Source: Escherichia phage JEP8. From it: a DNA stretch of 64,000 nt. Within the stretch, counting starts at the first letter, position 1. Each line of letters opens with the position of its first letter. The notes under the pieces are model-generated. The model was not told the DNA's origin, ran no database searches, and was given only the letters and a program-made list of their open reading frames with translations. Below, in pieces: positions 44,673-54,513 of the stretch. The translations under genes were made by a program, and so were the position numbers. Where the stretch lies: sequence record MT764208.1. One strand, given 5' to 3'.

Positions 44673-44702
44673 AAAACAAAAAACCCCGAAAAATTTTCGG
44701 GG
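44673..44702 (-). terminator. Rho-independent terminator
   Basis: Minus strand CCCCGAAAA-UUUUUCGGGG hairpin followed by a U-run. Confidence 0.6.
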
Positions 44703-44709
44703 TATAAAA

Positions 44710-45180
44710 TTACAGTTTGGTCGTCCACTCCAGGTCTAGATCTTCGACATACTCATGAGATCGGACAATCTCTAAATCGAACTCTAGGTCAGTGCCAAAT
44801 TTACGCGCACCAACATCATAAGAAAGCGTGATATGCGGTACATATTCAGGATAATCCCACGTCGCACCTAAAGCAGTTCCGATATCGTGTCTGAATTGCA
44901 TGTAGTCGCTTTCAAATGCCAGCACAAGTGCATTAGTACCGGATTGAGTTTCAAACACTTTAAGATGACACAGAGAGCCTAAGAACTTTTCCCCTTCTTC
45001 TGGGATAAACGGAACATAGACACGAGAATATAAGATAGTGCTATGCAGTTTATCACGAGGAACGGCATTAGGCAGATCGTAGAACTCCTGCAATTTTTCA
45101 ATGCGGTCTAGTGTATCCTCAGTGAATTTAACAGCCGCATATGTACCTTTAACGGATTCTCGAAACGGGGTCATAATCAA
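44710..45180 (-). CDS. 2H phosphoesterase at the gene 57B position (Acb1-like cyclic-oligonucleotide phosphodiesterase candidate)
   Basis: Two H-x-[TS]-x motifs (HSTILYS and HITLSY) ~80 aa apart, the 2H/LigT-fold signature; directly upstream of 57A. Confidence 0.65.
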   Translation of the reverse strand: MIMTPFRESVKGTYAAVKFTEDTLDRIEKLQEFYDLPNAVPRDKLHSTILYSRVYVPFIPEEGEKFLGSLCHLKVFETQSGTNALVLAFESDYMQFRHDIGTALGATWDYPEYVPHITLSYDVGARKFGTDLEFDLEIVRSHEYVEDLDLEWTTKL

Positions 45181-45443
45181 GCCTCCGTGATCAGTTCTAC
45201 TTCCTCTTTATCGTCTTCCGCTGCTTCGTCTTTAGGGAGAAGTGCTTTCACTTCTTCGACAATAGCATCAAGGGAAACAGTGCCGTTTTCGTCTGGCTGA
45301 ATACCCAGAATGCGTACCAGTTCCATCAATACACGCTCACGATCTTTCAGTTGGCCTTCTAAGAATGCGGCCTTTTCTTGAGTGTCAAACAGACGTACTT
45401 TCAGGACATTAATCATTTGTTCATGCTGATTGGACATATTCAC
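45177..45443 (-). CDS. 57A: Tail-fibre assembly chaperone gp57A
   Basis: 88-aa acidic coiled-coil protein ...LMELVRILGI...AIVEEVKALL...EDDKEE resembling T4 gp57A; position before gene 1. Confidence 0.75.
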   Translation of the reverse strand: MNMSNQHEQMINVLKVRLFDTQEKAAFLEGQLKDRERVLMELVRILGIQPDENGTVSLDAIVEEVKALLPKDEAAEDDKEEVELITEA

Positions 45444-45469
45444 ATCTCCTACTTGTTGATAACTTTTTA

Positions 45470-46126
45470 TTAAATGTTCGCGAGAATCGCGCTTTCAAAT
45501 TCTTCTAATGTGCCATTATTTATAATGATGGTTTCACCGTCAATAGGCAAAATTCCTTTTTCGGTGGAGTGAGTCGATACAATACCAGTATCACGCTGAA
45601 TATGCAACACCTTAGCACCCATAGCACGCATGAGAGCAATTTCAATAGGCTGACGCACATCAACCACTACAAAATACCCTTCTTCATTTTTGCGCTTCAT
45701 AAACTCATCCACAAAGAGATTACACCAATAAAGCGGATTGATCAAGTTAACCATTATATCAGTACCGAGAGTGGTTAACATGAGACGAATAGACCAGACG
45801 TTATTATGTTTTTCGCCGATCTCATTAACAACCTTGTAAATCTCAGCCAGACGATCACAAGTAAAGGAGCTACCGCCATACTTCGAATCTAGCATAAGCA
45901 GACACTGAATAAACCACTTATGCGCGGTATAGGTATCAATACCTAGATCGGCTTCTCTGTCACGCCCTAACCCGTCAAAGTCAAGATAAGTCAGACCTAA
46001 GTCTGGTTGACATTCGCATAAGATTTCTTTGATCGGTGCTGCCAGTTGATAACTGTGTCCATCAATGATTAACGCGGCAGTGTCTTTTCCTACTCGCTTT
46101 TTACCACAAAGTGCAATCAATTTCAT
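45470..46126 (-). CDS. 1: dNMP kinase gp1
   Basis: P-loop CGKKRVGKDT at the N-terminus; ...WSIRLMLTTLGTDIMVN...VLHIQRD... matches T4 gp1. Confidence 0.85.
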   Translation of the reverse strand: MKLIALCGKKRVGKDTAALIIDGHSYQLAAPIKEILCECQPDLGLTYLDFDGLGRDREADLGIDTYTAHKWFIQCLLMLDSKYGGSSFTCDRLAEIYKVVNEIGEKHNNVWSIRLMLTTLGTDIMVNLINPLYWCNLFVDEFMKRKNEEGYFVVVDVRQPIEIALMRAMGAKVLHIQRDTGIVSTHSTEKGILPIDGETIIINNGTLEEFESAILANI

Positions 46127-46141
46127 TATATAAGCCTCTTA

Positions 46142-46732
46142 TTATTTTCTAAAAACAGGGTGCATAGCTTTAATACCTTCCACCCGCTGACGATCCGCCG
46201 CCTGAATTGCTGGGCGAGGAACGATCAGTTGACCATCACGTTCAATGCTCATTGTTTTAAAGGGAAGAATTGCAGTACACACCAGAGATTCATGCATATC
46301 ATCGGTGTATGTTAACTCAAGTTCCCCCAATTGTGAACACCAACAACCATAAAAGTTAAAGGTGCAAACAATGTTACGGCGTTCATTGTCCATCATGTGG
46401 ACTTGAACGGCTTCCGGCATTGAATCCTTCCACGCTGTGGAGTTACCGTTATTGTAGTCTACTATAGAAAGCATCCATGTGTAAAGGTTTAGATAGCTTT
46501 CCAAATGCTCATCGACAATAAACCGGACTACCAACGGGTCAAACTCCACATGACTAGACGGATAATCAGCAACCGCCAAACCATATTGACCAGCAACTTG
46601 CTTAGTCGGTGGAATGGTTATAGCAGGAAGTGTAACACCTTGAGCATTTAAAGTAAAGCCTTTTGTTAGCTGTCCATCTGGAATATTGATCTGCCAGTTA
46701 CTAGGGTTAGCATAGTTAAAGAGATTAGACAT
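46142..46732 (-). CDS. 3: Tail completion / sheath stabiliser gp3 (by position)
   Basis: 196-aa ORF between genes 1 and 2; assignment mainly by synteny. Confidence 0.55.
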   Translation of the reverse strand: MSNLFNYANPSNWQINIPDGQLTKGFTLNAQGVTLPAITIPPTKQVAGQYGLAVADYPSSHVEFDPLVVRFIVDEHLESYLNLYTWMLSIVDYNNGNSTAWKDSMPEAVQVHMMDNERRNIVCTFNFYGCWCSQLGELELTYTDDMHESLVCTAILPFKTMSIERDGQLIVPRPAIQAADRQRVEGIKAMHPVFRK

Positions 46733-46921
46733 TACTGATTCCTCAAATGAAAATATTTATTAACAATTGTCGCTTTGCGACGTGCCGTAGGCACTGACTA
46801 ATTTTTAACCGAAACAAATTTTTATTATTCTAAAGATCTTTCTTCGTTTTGGTTATGTTTTAACCAATAACTATATTTTTATACAGTAATAAATAAAACG
46901 GGTACTATACGAGGACTTCTT

Positions 46922-47176
46922 ATGACAGAAGACATTTTGTTAAAACTCTATGATCGTTTGGATAACGAATTAGCAACATTGCGGGGTGAAGTTCTCTATT
47001 TGTCTAAATGCAATACAGATCTGCTTAAGCAGATTGCAGAAAGGGATGATCAAATAAAATCCCTTTCAGGTGCATTACGTGATCGCGACAAGGCATTAGA
47101 GATTTTACAGCGTGTTACCAATAAGGAAGAATTAAAAGACTTCTTACATGGTTATGCTCATGCCATCGATCTATAA
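46922..47176 (+). CDS. Hypothetical coiled-coil protein on the opposite strand between genes 3 and 2
   Basis: 84-aa ORF with GAGGA-like RBS, AAUAAAUA element upstream, and a hairpin terminator immediately downstream. Confidence 0.45.
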   Translation: MTEDILLKLYDRLDNELATLRGEVLYLSKCNTDLLKQIAERDDQIKSLSGALRDRDKALEILQRVTNKEELKDFLHGYAHAIDL

Positions 47177-47204
47177 TAAAAAAGCCCGTCATTGACGGGC
47201 TTAA
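47177..47204. terminator. Bidirectional hairpin terminator
   Basis: GCCCGUCA-UUGA-CGGGC flanked by A-run (5') and U-rich (3'); lies between the stop codons of the plus-strand 84-aa ORF and minus-strand gene 2. Confidence 0.6.
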
Positions 47205-47206
47205 TC

Positions 47207-48028
47207 TTATGCATCCTTCCAAACTTTCCTTGCGTCGTATTTCTTGCCTTTTGACATAAACTGATATGTAGGCATATAGATAATATTGCTCCAGTCTTTC
47301 GGGCTAATCTCAACAAGTTTTGTTTTAATGTGTCCCGGTAGATATGCTTTGATCATATGGTCACTACCACGCATACCTTTTACATCGCTCCATTTGATTT
47401 TTAAGCGTGTTTTATTGCTCAAGGTAGGAGTAGATGCATATTGCTTTAAAAGTGCCTCTAAAAACTGCTGACGGGCTTTAGGAGTTACATAGTGTAAGTT
47501 AAGACCCAACATTACAGTATTACCCGCCTTTGTCTTAGAATCACCCAGACAAATGATCAGCGGGAAAACATCCCAATATGGCAAAGTGTCTTTATACTTC
47601 GCATCATACATAAAGGTATAGATTCGCCCTACTTGCGGTTTTACAATCTGGTGTCCCTTTATTCCCGCTTTTATTGTTTTAGTAAACCACTCCTGTGATT
47701 TTTCTTTAGGGCGACTCTTTGATACAGCACGCATAGACGCACGAAAATCATTAATCATCATCATTGCGCGTTGCTGCTTATTGAGACCCTTTGCGCCTTT
47801 CCCTTTTAGTTTTTCAACTTCTATTGCTGTTTTAATTTCGCTGGCATAACGAGACATACTTTTAGTGAAAGTCGCATAGGCTATTCCCTTAGAATCTGCA
47901 AATGCTTTAGCTGTCATGCCTTTGGCTTTTGCTTTCGCAAATTCTACACCCAATTCGACCCACTGTTTAGACTTTCGTTTTTGGGGAGACGGCTTTTCGT
48001 CTTCGGTGATTATTTCAAATACGCTCAT
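47207..48028 (-). CDS. 2: DNA end-protector protein gp2
   Basis: 273 aa (T4 gp2 is ~274 aa); basic N-terminal region; position between 4 and 3; GAGGATAATATT-ATG leader. Confidence 0.7.
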   Translation of the reverse strand: MSVFEIITEDEKPSPQKRKSKQWVELGVEFAKAKAKGMTAKAFADSKGIAYATFTKSMSRYASEIKTAIEVEKLKGKGAKGLNKQQRAMMMINDFRASMRAVSKSRPKEKSQEWFTKTIKAGIKGHQIVKPQVGRIYTFMYDAKYKDTLPYWDVFPLIICLGDSKTKAGNTVMLGLNLHYVTPKARQQFLEALLKQYASTPTLSNKTRLKIKWSDVKGMRGSDHMIKAYLPGHIKTKLVEISPKDWSNIIYMPTYQFMSKGKKYDARKVWKDA

Positions 48029-48039
48029 AATATTATCCT

Positions 48040-48516
48040 CTATTTGTTAAGCCCTTTAAAGCCAAACACTTTCTTTAATGCATGTTCGGTTATGATCTTA
48101 AACTCCATGTTATGCTTTTGGCACAAATCAACCGCAGCTTTCCACTTTTCCGTGTTTACAGTATATGTGTAACACTCTTGCATGTATCTTTGCTTAGTCT
48201 TAGTGGTTATTCTTTTTGGCCTTTCCGGTGGCCGTGTCTCTTTTGCCGGTTTAACTTCCCACAAGAACTCTTTACCATCTACAAATTTCACCCAAAAATC
48301 CATATGATACTTTCTGGATCGTTTATCTGCGCTAGACCAGTAAGGTATAATCACACACTCAGAGTTCCATTTAGACACGCTAGGACTACGGTCCAAAAAT
48401 TTCATTATGTGCAATTCCCAGCTTGATCTATAAGTGATTTTATGCAAGTTGTTTCCTTTGTACTTCTCAGGATTTTCTGGCTTGAACTTGCCCTTATAAG
48501 TGTTAGATCCTCCCAT
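48040..48516 (-). CDS. 4: Head completion protein gp4
   Basis: 158 aa; position between 53 and 2 on the opposite strand to 53. Confidence 0.7.
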   Translation of the reverse strand: MGGSNTYKGKFKPENPEKYKGNNLHKITYRSSWELHIMKFLDRSPSVSKWNSECVIIPYWSSADKRSRKYHMDFWVKFVDGKEFLWEVKPAKETRPPERPKRITTKTKQRYMQECYTYTVNTEKWKAAVDLCQKHNMEFKIITEHALKKVFGFKGLNK

Positions 48517-48531
48517 TTTAGCACCCTTTAT

Positions 48532-48539
48532 TATAAATA
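48532..48539 (+). promoter_or_regulatory. T4-type late promoter core TATAAATA upstream of gene 53
   Basis: Exact TATAAATA 33 nt upstream of the gene 53 ATG. Confidence 0.6.
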
Positions 48540-48571
48540 CATAATACTATTTATCAATTGAGGGTGCTAAA

Positions 48572-49126
48572 ATGCTCTTTTCTTTCTTCCCTGCCATTGA
48601 ATACAACGGCAAGATGATTACTGACATTGTGCGCAATTACCGCGCATATTTCAACGCAATAATTTCTGATTATAACATACAAACATATTACATTCAAGGT
48701 AGTCCACGACCGGAACAAGTTGCATATGAAGTATACGGAAACCAACAACTTTATTGGATCTTGCTGATGCTTAATGACGTATACGATCCGTTCCATGACT
48801 GGATCACCGATCAAGAGACAGCATATGAATCAGCCGAACAACGATATGCAAACGTAGGAGGAAATCAAGTATTATACCACGTTGATATTGACGGAAACAA
48901 GTATTGGAATCTTACCGAATATCCGAAAGGATCAAGCAATTGGTATGATAAAGGGGATATTCATCATCGTCATTTGCAGTTTCAAGGTGCATTATCGGCG
49001 GTAGACACACTGGAAGATGCGATCCTCCGCAATGAGGAACGACGCAAGATCAAGATCATAGATCCTACACAAATTAAACAATTTATTAACGCATTCATTC
49101 GAGAAATGGAAAAGGCTGATGTGTAA
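48572..49126 (+). CDS. 53: Baseplate wedge protein gp53
   Basis: ...QTYYIQGSPRPEQVAYEVYGNQQLYWILLMLNDVYDP...WYDKGD...GALSAVDT... matches T4 gp53. Confidence 0.9.
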   Translation: MLFSFFPAIEYNGKMITDIVRNYRAYFNAIISDYNIQTYYIQGSPRPEQVAYEVYGNQQLYWILLMLNDVYDPFHDWITDQETAYESAEQRYANVGGNQVLYHVDIDGNKYWNLTEYPKGSSNWYDKGDIHHRHLQFQGALSAVDTLEDAILRNEERRKIKIIDPTQIKQFINAFIREMEKADV

Positions 49127-49137
49127 GGTGATTAATT

Positions 49138-50937
49138 ATGCTAATGTTTAATAACTCCGTTAAATGGTTTACCGGAATTGTAGAAAACAGGGAAGACCCA
49201 TTAATGCTGGGGCGTGTTCAGGTTAGGATTCATGGTATACATCCCTCGCTATCCGCGCACGGTGACATTCAAGGTCTTCCAACCGAAGATCTATTATGGA
49301 TTACGCCAGTACAAGATATTACAAGCGCGGCGATCTCCGGTATAGGTCAAAGCCCTACTGGTATTGTTGAAGGTTCAATGGTATTTGGTTTGGCTTTAGA
49401 TGAACGTTATTTAAACTGCGTTATTCTTGGTACTATTGCCGGACAATATACAGAGAAACCACTCACTACAGAAGGTTTTTGCGACCCTTCTGGTGCATAT
49501 CCTCGTTATATTGGTAATGATGTTAATATTCTTGCTCGTGGCGGTATTAACCCAGAAACCGGGCAAACAACAAAACCTGATAGTGTCTATATTCGAGATG
49601 AAAACACTGGAGTTGCAGTAAATCCAGACGACGAGCCATTAGACCAAATTCCGGTTGATGATAATCCTGATTTTACAATAGAAAAAATGCTGCGGGGCGA
49701 TGAGGGATATCGCGAGAAATGGTATCTTGATTCAGAAGGATATCCGACAATAGGCATCGGGCATTTGATCATTTATAAGAAAACCAGTGATCTTGATATT
49801 ATCAATAATGAACTTTCTAAGCTGGTAGGGCGTGAAGTTACAAACGGAAGACTTACCGCCGAAGAAGTTAGTAAAGTATTTGCCGACGATATAGAAAAGA
49901 CTCGTCGTGATATGCGCAAACATCCACGAATTGCACCTGTCTATAATAAATGTAATGCCTCACGTCGTATGGCATTAGAAAATATGGCGTTTCAAATGGG
50001 TGTTGGTGGATTGGGTAAATTTAAGAATAGTCTTGCTGCGATGTTAGCGGAAGAATGGAAACAAGCCTATGATGGATTACGTCAATCGGTATGGGCTAAC
50101 CAAACTCCAGGACGATCCAGCCGTGTTTCTAAAATTATTCTTACTGGCAACTTAGAATCATATGGCGTAATTGCTCCAAAGAAAGAGGAATCAATTTCTG
50201 ATGATCCGCGAGCACGTTTGAGAAATGCCCGTATTGCTGCCTATAAGACGCAGAGAGCAGAAGAAGACCCAGAAGCACCGTTTACCCCACAAGACACACG
50301 AATCATGTTTAAAGAGCCTAAGAGTTCGTATTCTGCAAGGTATCCTTATAACCATGTGTACGAGTCAGAGAGCGGTCATATTATCGAGATTGATGATACT
50401 CCTTCTCATGAGCGATATCATCGTAAACATCCTTCGGGTACATTTGAAGAAACCAGACCGGACGGAACGAGGGTAGAAAAGATTGAAGGCGATGATTATC
50501 TGATCGTTAAACAAGGCCGGAAAGTAAACGTTAAGGGTAATTTGCAAGTTGTTGTTGAAGGTGACGCGCAAGTTTATTATATGGGTAATGTGATGCAAAC
50601 CGTTGATGGTAACGTCACTGAATTTATTCGTGGTAATGTTAATCAGACCGTTGAAGGTACTGCTAACATGCATGTTGTAGGTGATGTTACCGCTCAGCTT
50701 GACGCTAATTTGACGGCTAACGTCAAGGGTAATGCTGAATTAATGATCGAGGGTAACACTACCGAAACAATTAAAGGTAACTATGATTTAACCGTTGAGG
50801 GTAATTTTAATATGACCGTCAATGGCACTAAATCAGATCAGGTTAATGGTGACTGGTCCCGTAATTGTGGTGCAAGCGTTAAAGATATTGCATCTGGTAC
50901 AGTTAAAATTGATGGTAGCCGTATTGATCTTGGGTGA
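49138..50937 (+). CDS. 5: Baseplate hub / tail lysozyme gp5
   Basis: N-terminal OB-fold region, central T4-lysozyme-like domain (EGYPTIGIGHL...NMAFQMG...WANQTP), C-terminal beta-helix repeats (VxGNxxxxVEG...). Confidence 0.9.
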   Translation: MLMFNNSVKWFTGIVENREDPLMLGRVQVRIHGIHPSLSAHGDIQGLPTEDLLWITPVQDITSAAISGIGQSPTGIVEGSMVFGLALDERYLNCVILGTIAGQYTEKPLTTEGFCDPSGAYPRYIGNDVNILARGGINPETGQTTKPDSVYIRDENTGVAVNPDDEPLDQIPVDDNPDFTIEKMLRGDEGYREKWYLDSEGYPTIGIGHLIIYKKTSDLDIINNELSKLVGREVTNGRLTAEEVSKVFADDIEKTRRDMRKHPRIAPVYNKCNASRRMALENMAFQMGVGGLGKFKNSLAAMLAEEWKQAYDGLRQSVWANQTPGRSSRVSKIILTGNLESYGVIAPKKEESISDDPRARLRNARIAAYKTQRAEEDPEAPFTPQDTRIMFKEPKSSYSARYPYNHVYESESGHIIEIDDTPSHERYHRKHPSGTFEETRPDGTRVEKIEGDDYLIVKQGRKVNVKGNLQVVVEGDAQVYYMGNVMQTVDGNVTEFIRGNVNQTVEGTANMHVVGDVTAQLDANLTANVKGNAELMIEGNTTETIKGNYDLTVEGNFNMTVNGTKSDQVNGDWSRNCGASVKDIASGTVKIDGSRIDLG

Positions 50938-50945
50938 GGTAACTA

Positions 50946-51512
50946 ATGGTTGAAATTCTTCCGATGAGTTCAAAATTGGAGGATATCAGCGAGCGAGAAA
51001 TCTTTGAGGTGGTGTTCTCTTATAAAGCAACGCCACCGGATGCAAATACCACATACACGATTAAAGAGTTTAAGATCAGCGAGTATCGCCCTAATAAGGG
51101 CGTTACCGTTGAAGAAACTAAAATATCTGGTGAGTATCGGGATAGTTTTTCGCTTGGCACGGATTCTCTTAAATATATAACGAAAGATAGAATTAAAAAA
51201 TCTGCCGGAAGTTTTGATGATTTACCAGATCCAACTACCGCAGATCTATATTATTTTAACGCTCCTACACGTCTACAGGAGGTTTATACTTATAAAGTCA
51301 CCCTAACCTATATCCAATCTGTTTCAGAGTCTTCTGGTGGTTCTGGTGAAGGAAATAGTGGTGGTTCCAATAGCCGAGAGGGTGCTGGTGAAACTAATCC
51401 GCCTCCGGTAGTAACCGAACACACAATAGAGAAAGTTTATACTCAAACCGTTTTTGGAAATTGGGATGTGTGGTCGCAGCAACTAAGAGATTATGTACAT
51501 AGGGGTGTTTAA
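50946..51512 (+). CDS. Hypothetical protein at the gene 5.1 position
   Basis: 188-aa ORF directly after gene 5. Confidence 0.6.
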   Translation: MVEILPMSSKLEDISEREIFEVVFSYKATPPDANTTYTIKEFKISEYRPNKGVTVEETKISGEYRDSFSLGTDSLKYITKDRIKKSAGSFDDLPDPTTADLYYFNAPTRLQEVYTYKVTLTYIQSVSESSGGSGEGNSGGSNSREGAGETNPPPVVTEHTIEKVYTQTVFGNWDVWSQQLRDYVHRGV

Positions 51513-51578
51513 TGGCTGGCGGGTGTCGATGCCCCGCCGTCATAAATAGTTATATAATGATTTAATATGAGGTGTTTT

Positions 51579-52319
51579 ATGATTAAAGTGCATGACGATT
51601 TCAAAGAACTTTATAATGTATGCTCTGAACGTTTTTATTATGATGAAACGAGCGGAACAATTAGACGAAAATATGATTGTAAGAGCAATCATTATAAAGC
51701 GGGTGATGTAGTAGGATATAAAAGAAAACAAAAAAGAACAAATAGTGAAGATGATGTGTGCTATCTGTTTACTAAGATTGATGGAGTTTCTTATTCAATT
51801 CAACAAATTGTCTTCTTGCTTACCGACGGATATATACCAAATTGCATCGATCATATTAACAGAGACACACTAGATAATCACCGTGAAAATCTTCGTGATG
51901 CATCGCGAAGCGGAAATGCTCGCAATAAGTGCAAAGTATATAAAAATGGTTTCGCCTCTTCCGATTACATTGGTGTGTCTAAGCGGGGTTCTGGATTTAG
52001 GTGTCGTATTAGAATAAACCATGTTATTGCATATGATGAAACGTTCGAAAATGAAACATCTGCTGCATATGCATATAACGTAGAATGTATAAAATTAGGT
52101 GTCAGTGAGTATACCAACTTTAATAAATTTGAAGACGAAGAATCTGTTAGGAAACTTTACGAAAAAGAGAAAGAAAATAAAGAGTTTCAAGAATATTGGA
52201 AGGGAACACATAAACAGGGTAAAAGATGGGGTGCTAAAGTTAAGAGTGTGCGTTTGGGTACATTCGAAACAAGGGAAGAAGCTAGACTAGCTATAATTCG
52301 CTACAAAGAGGGGTTTTGA
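51579..52319 (+). CDS. HNH homing endonuclease with two AP2-like DNA-binding domains
   Basis: HNH motif [18 protein letters not shown]; AP2-like segments [38 protein letters not shown] and [35 protein letters not shown]. Start at the second ATG (GAGGTG RBS). Confidence 0.8.
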   Translation: MIKVHDDFKELYNVCSERFYYDETSGTIRRKYDCKSNHYKAGDVVGYKRKQKRTNSEDDVCYLFTKIDGVSYSIQQIVFLLTDGYIPNCIDHINRDTLDNHRENLRDASRSGNARNKCKVYKNGFASSDYIGVSKRGSGFRCRIRINHVIAYDETFENETSAAYAYNVECIKLGVSEYTNFNKFEDEESVRKLYEKEKENKEFQEYWKGTHKQGKRWGAKVKSVRLGTFETREEARLAIIRYKEGF

Positions 52320-52612
52320 TGGCTGGTTTATCATATGACAAAGCAAAAACTACTGGACATGGTAATTACGGTCCGACAATAATTAATGCAACTCAATCTA
52401 AGGTATTTGTTGAGGGTATCCCTGTATTAGTCGAAGGAGACCCAATTACACCACACACAAAAACAACAAAGCCTTATGATACACACGGGGGAACTACGGT
52501 CGCCAGTACCCCGAAAGTATTTGTTACCGGAAAGAAAGCAATTCAAATGGCAGATCGTATTAGCTGTGGCGATACCGTCGCTATGGCATCACCGAAGGTA
52601 TTCATAAAATGA
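52316..52612 (+). CDS. 5.4: PAAR-repeat spike-tip protein gp5.4
   Basis: 98 aa; position before gene 6; PAAR-like repeated beta-strand motifs ([19 protein letters not shown]...[10 protein letters not shown]...KVFIK). Confidence 0.8.
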   Translation: MMAGLSYDKAKTTGHGNYGPTIINATQSKVFVEGIPVLVEGDPITPHTKTTKPYDTHGGTTVASTPKVFVTGKKAIQMADRISCGDTVAMASPKVFIK

Positions 52613-54513
52613 CAAAGCAAAAGATTACACAAATTCCTGATATTTTTAATGCTGCTACATTCGATGAAATTAAAAGCGCATTAACAGACTGGATGAGAAA
52701 CCAGGAAGAATTTAAAGATTTTGATTTTAATGGTGCTGGTATTAACGTATTGATGGACTTGCTCGCATATAACACTCTGTATATTCAGCAATTCGCTAAC
52801 GCCGCGCTATATGAATCTTTTATCAGAACTGCAATTAAGCGTAGTTCAGTTGTTCAAGCCGCGCAAGATTTAGGATATTTGCCAGCAAGTAAAACTAGTG
52901 CATCGACTACAATTATGTTGCACGTAACACATCCTCGAAATCCGGCAAGTATTCGAATCCCACGAGGAACTAAATTTATTGCAAGTGTGGACCGCCAGAC
53001 GTCTTATACGTTTGTTACTACAGAAGACGTTGTGAGCGTTTTAGGTTCAAATGGTTTATATACGCCTATGCTTAAAGTCGCGCAAGGTCGTATTGTTCGT
53101 ACAGAAATGTTATTTGATCCGAAGAAACAAATTCTGATCCGCGATCCAGATATTGACCGCGCTCAGGTTAAGTTGTGGGTAGACGGTGCTGAATGGAAAG
53201 ACTGGACGCGAGAAAGTATTGTTAATGCAACTGGCGCTAGTAATATTTTCTATATGCGTGAAACCGTAGACGGTCATACCGAAATCTTCTTTGGTGAAGG
53301 TGAATCAACTTTATCTGCTGCTGGCGGTGCACTGGAAGCAAATTATATTGGTGGACTTAAGCCGTCAACTGGTGCTAATATCGTAATTGAATATATTAGC
53401 ACTAAAGGCGCGGAAGCAAACGGATCTGTCAATTTCACATACGCGGATACCCTTGCATCTATCTCTATTGTTAAAATTATTGAGAATCCGACAAATGATC
53501 GTGATTATGTCGGTGCAGATGGTGGTGGTGATCCTGAATCAATCGAACGTATTCGTGAACTTGCTCCGGTAATGCGTGAATCTCAGCGTCGTTGTGTTAC
53601 TGCTTCCGACTATGAGGCTTTTGTGTCTAGCCGTTTTGGTAGTATTGTTCAGGCGGTACAATGTTTCACCGACCGAGAAAAACCGGGTTATGCTTTTGTT
53701 GCGGTTAAGCCTAAATCTGGCTTGCGCTTGACAACTGTTCAAAAAGAAGATATGCGGGATTATCTGGCAAAATATAATCTTGCCCCTATCACGCCGAGCA
53801 TCATTGACCCTAACTATCTGTATATTAAACAGAATATTAAAGTTTCCTATTCAATCAATGACTTGTCAGAATCAGAGCAGTGGTTGCGCGGTGCGGTTAT
53901 TGATCAGATTGATGCATATTATACCGACGAAGTGGAAATTTTTAACCAGACCTTTAGTAAGTCTAAAATGCTTGCGCGTATTGACAAAGCTGATGTATCT
54001 GTGATAGGTTCTAGTGCAGAAATCGAGATGGTGCGAGAGATCGACAACTTCTATAAAGCACCGATGGCTGGAATCAAGTTTTTAAACCAGTATAAGAGCG
54101 GAATCAAGTCTAGTTCATTCAACTTCGAAAAGGACGACAAGCAATATCCGATCCATTATGTAAGTACAGAAATGAACAAAGAATCCGGTTTAGCTAAATT
54201 GCTGGTTGGACCTTTCCCTGTTGGTTCTGCAATCGCTTTACCGCACTATTCCGGCACTGATTTTGATAAAGAGGTTATCGACGGTGCAGACCTATACTTT
54301 GAGGTTGGAGAGGTTCAGCATTATGAAGACCTTATTTCATGGGATCTGGGTAAACTGAATATCAATAGCGATCGCTTTACGGGTTCATATATTGAGTTGA
54401 CAGCTAAACCGATTGCTGATAACATCTTTACTAAAGACGGTTCTTTGATCGTGTTTGAAAACGATCTCCGTCCTCAGTACACAACTATTAGTCTGGAGGC
54501 AATTGCTCAATGA
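52609..54513 (+). CDS. 6: Baseplate wedge protein gp6
   Basis: 634 aa, position and size as T4 gp6; N-terminal ...[27 protein letters not shown]. Confidence 0.85.
   Translation: MTKQKITQIPDIFNAATFDEIKSALTDWMRNQEEFKDFDFNGAGINVLMDLLAYNTLYIQQFANAALYESFIRTAIKRSSVVQAAQDLGYLPASKTSASTTIMLHVTHPRNPASIRIPRGTKFIASVDRQTSYTFVTTEDVVSVLGSNGLYTPMLKVAQGRIVRTEMLFDPKKQILIRDPDIDRAQVKLWVDGAEWKDWTRESIVNATGASNIFYMRETVDGHTEIFFGEGESTLSAAGGALEANYIGGLKPSTGANIVIEYISTKGAEANGSVNFTYADTLASISIVKIIENPTNDRDYVGADGGGDPESIERIRELAPVMRESQRRCVTASDYEAFVSSRFGSIVQAVQCFTDREKPGYAFVAVKPKSGLRLTTVQKEDMRDYLAKYNLAPITPSIIDPNYLYIKQNIKVSYSINDLSESEQWLRGAVIDQIDAYYTDEVEIFNQTFSKSKMLARIDKADVSVIGSSAEIEMVREIDNFYKAPMAGIKFLNQYKSGIKSSSFNFEKDDKQYPIHYVSTEMNKESGLAKLLVGPFPVGSAIALPHYSGTDFDKEVIDGADLYFEVGEVQHYEDLISWDLGKLNINSDRFTGSYIELTAKPIADNIFTKDGSLIVFENDLRPQYTTISLEAIAQ

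Noticed and set aside
17500-44702. CRISPR-like array suggested by recurring ~30-nt identical motifs
   Set aside because: The repeats are separated by whole genes (0.3-5 kb, irregular), each contains a -35/-10 promoter pair plus hairpin, and they occur only in intergenic regions, so they are promoter/terminator cassettes rather than CRISPR repeats.
46733-46921. T4-type late promoters upstream of gene 3 (minus) and the 84-aa plus-strand ORF
   Set aside because: Both strands carry AATAAATA rather than the canonical TATAAATA; too uncertain to annotate without transcript data.
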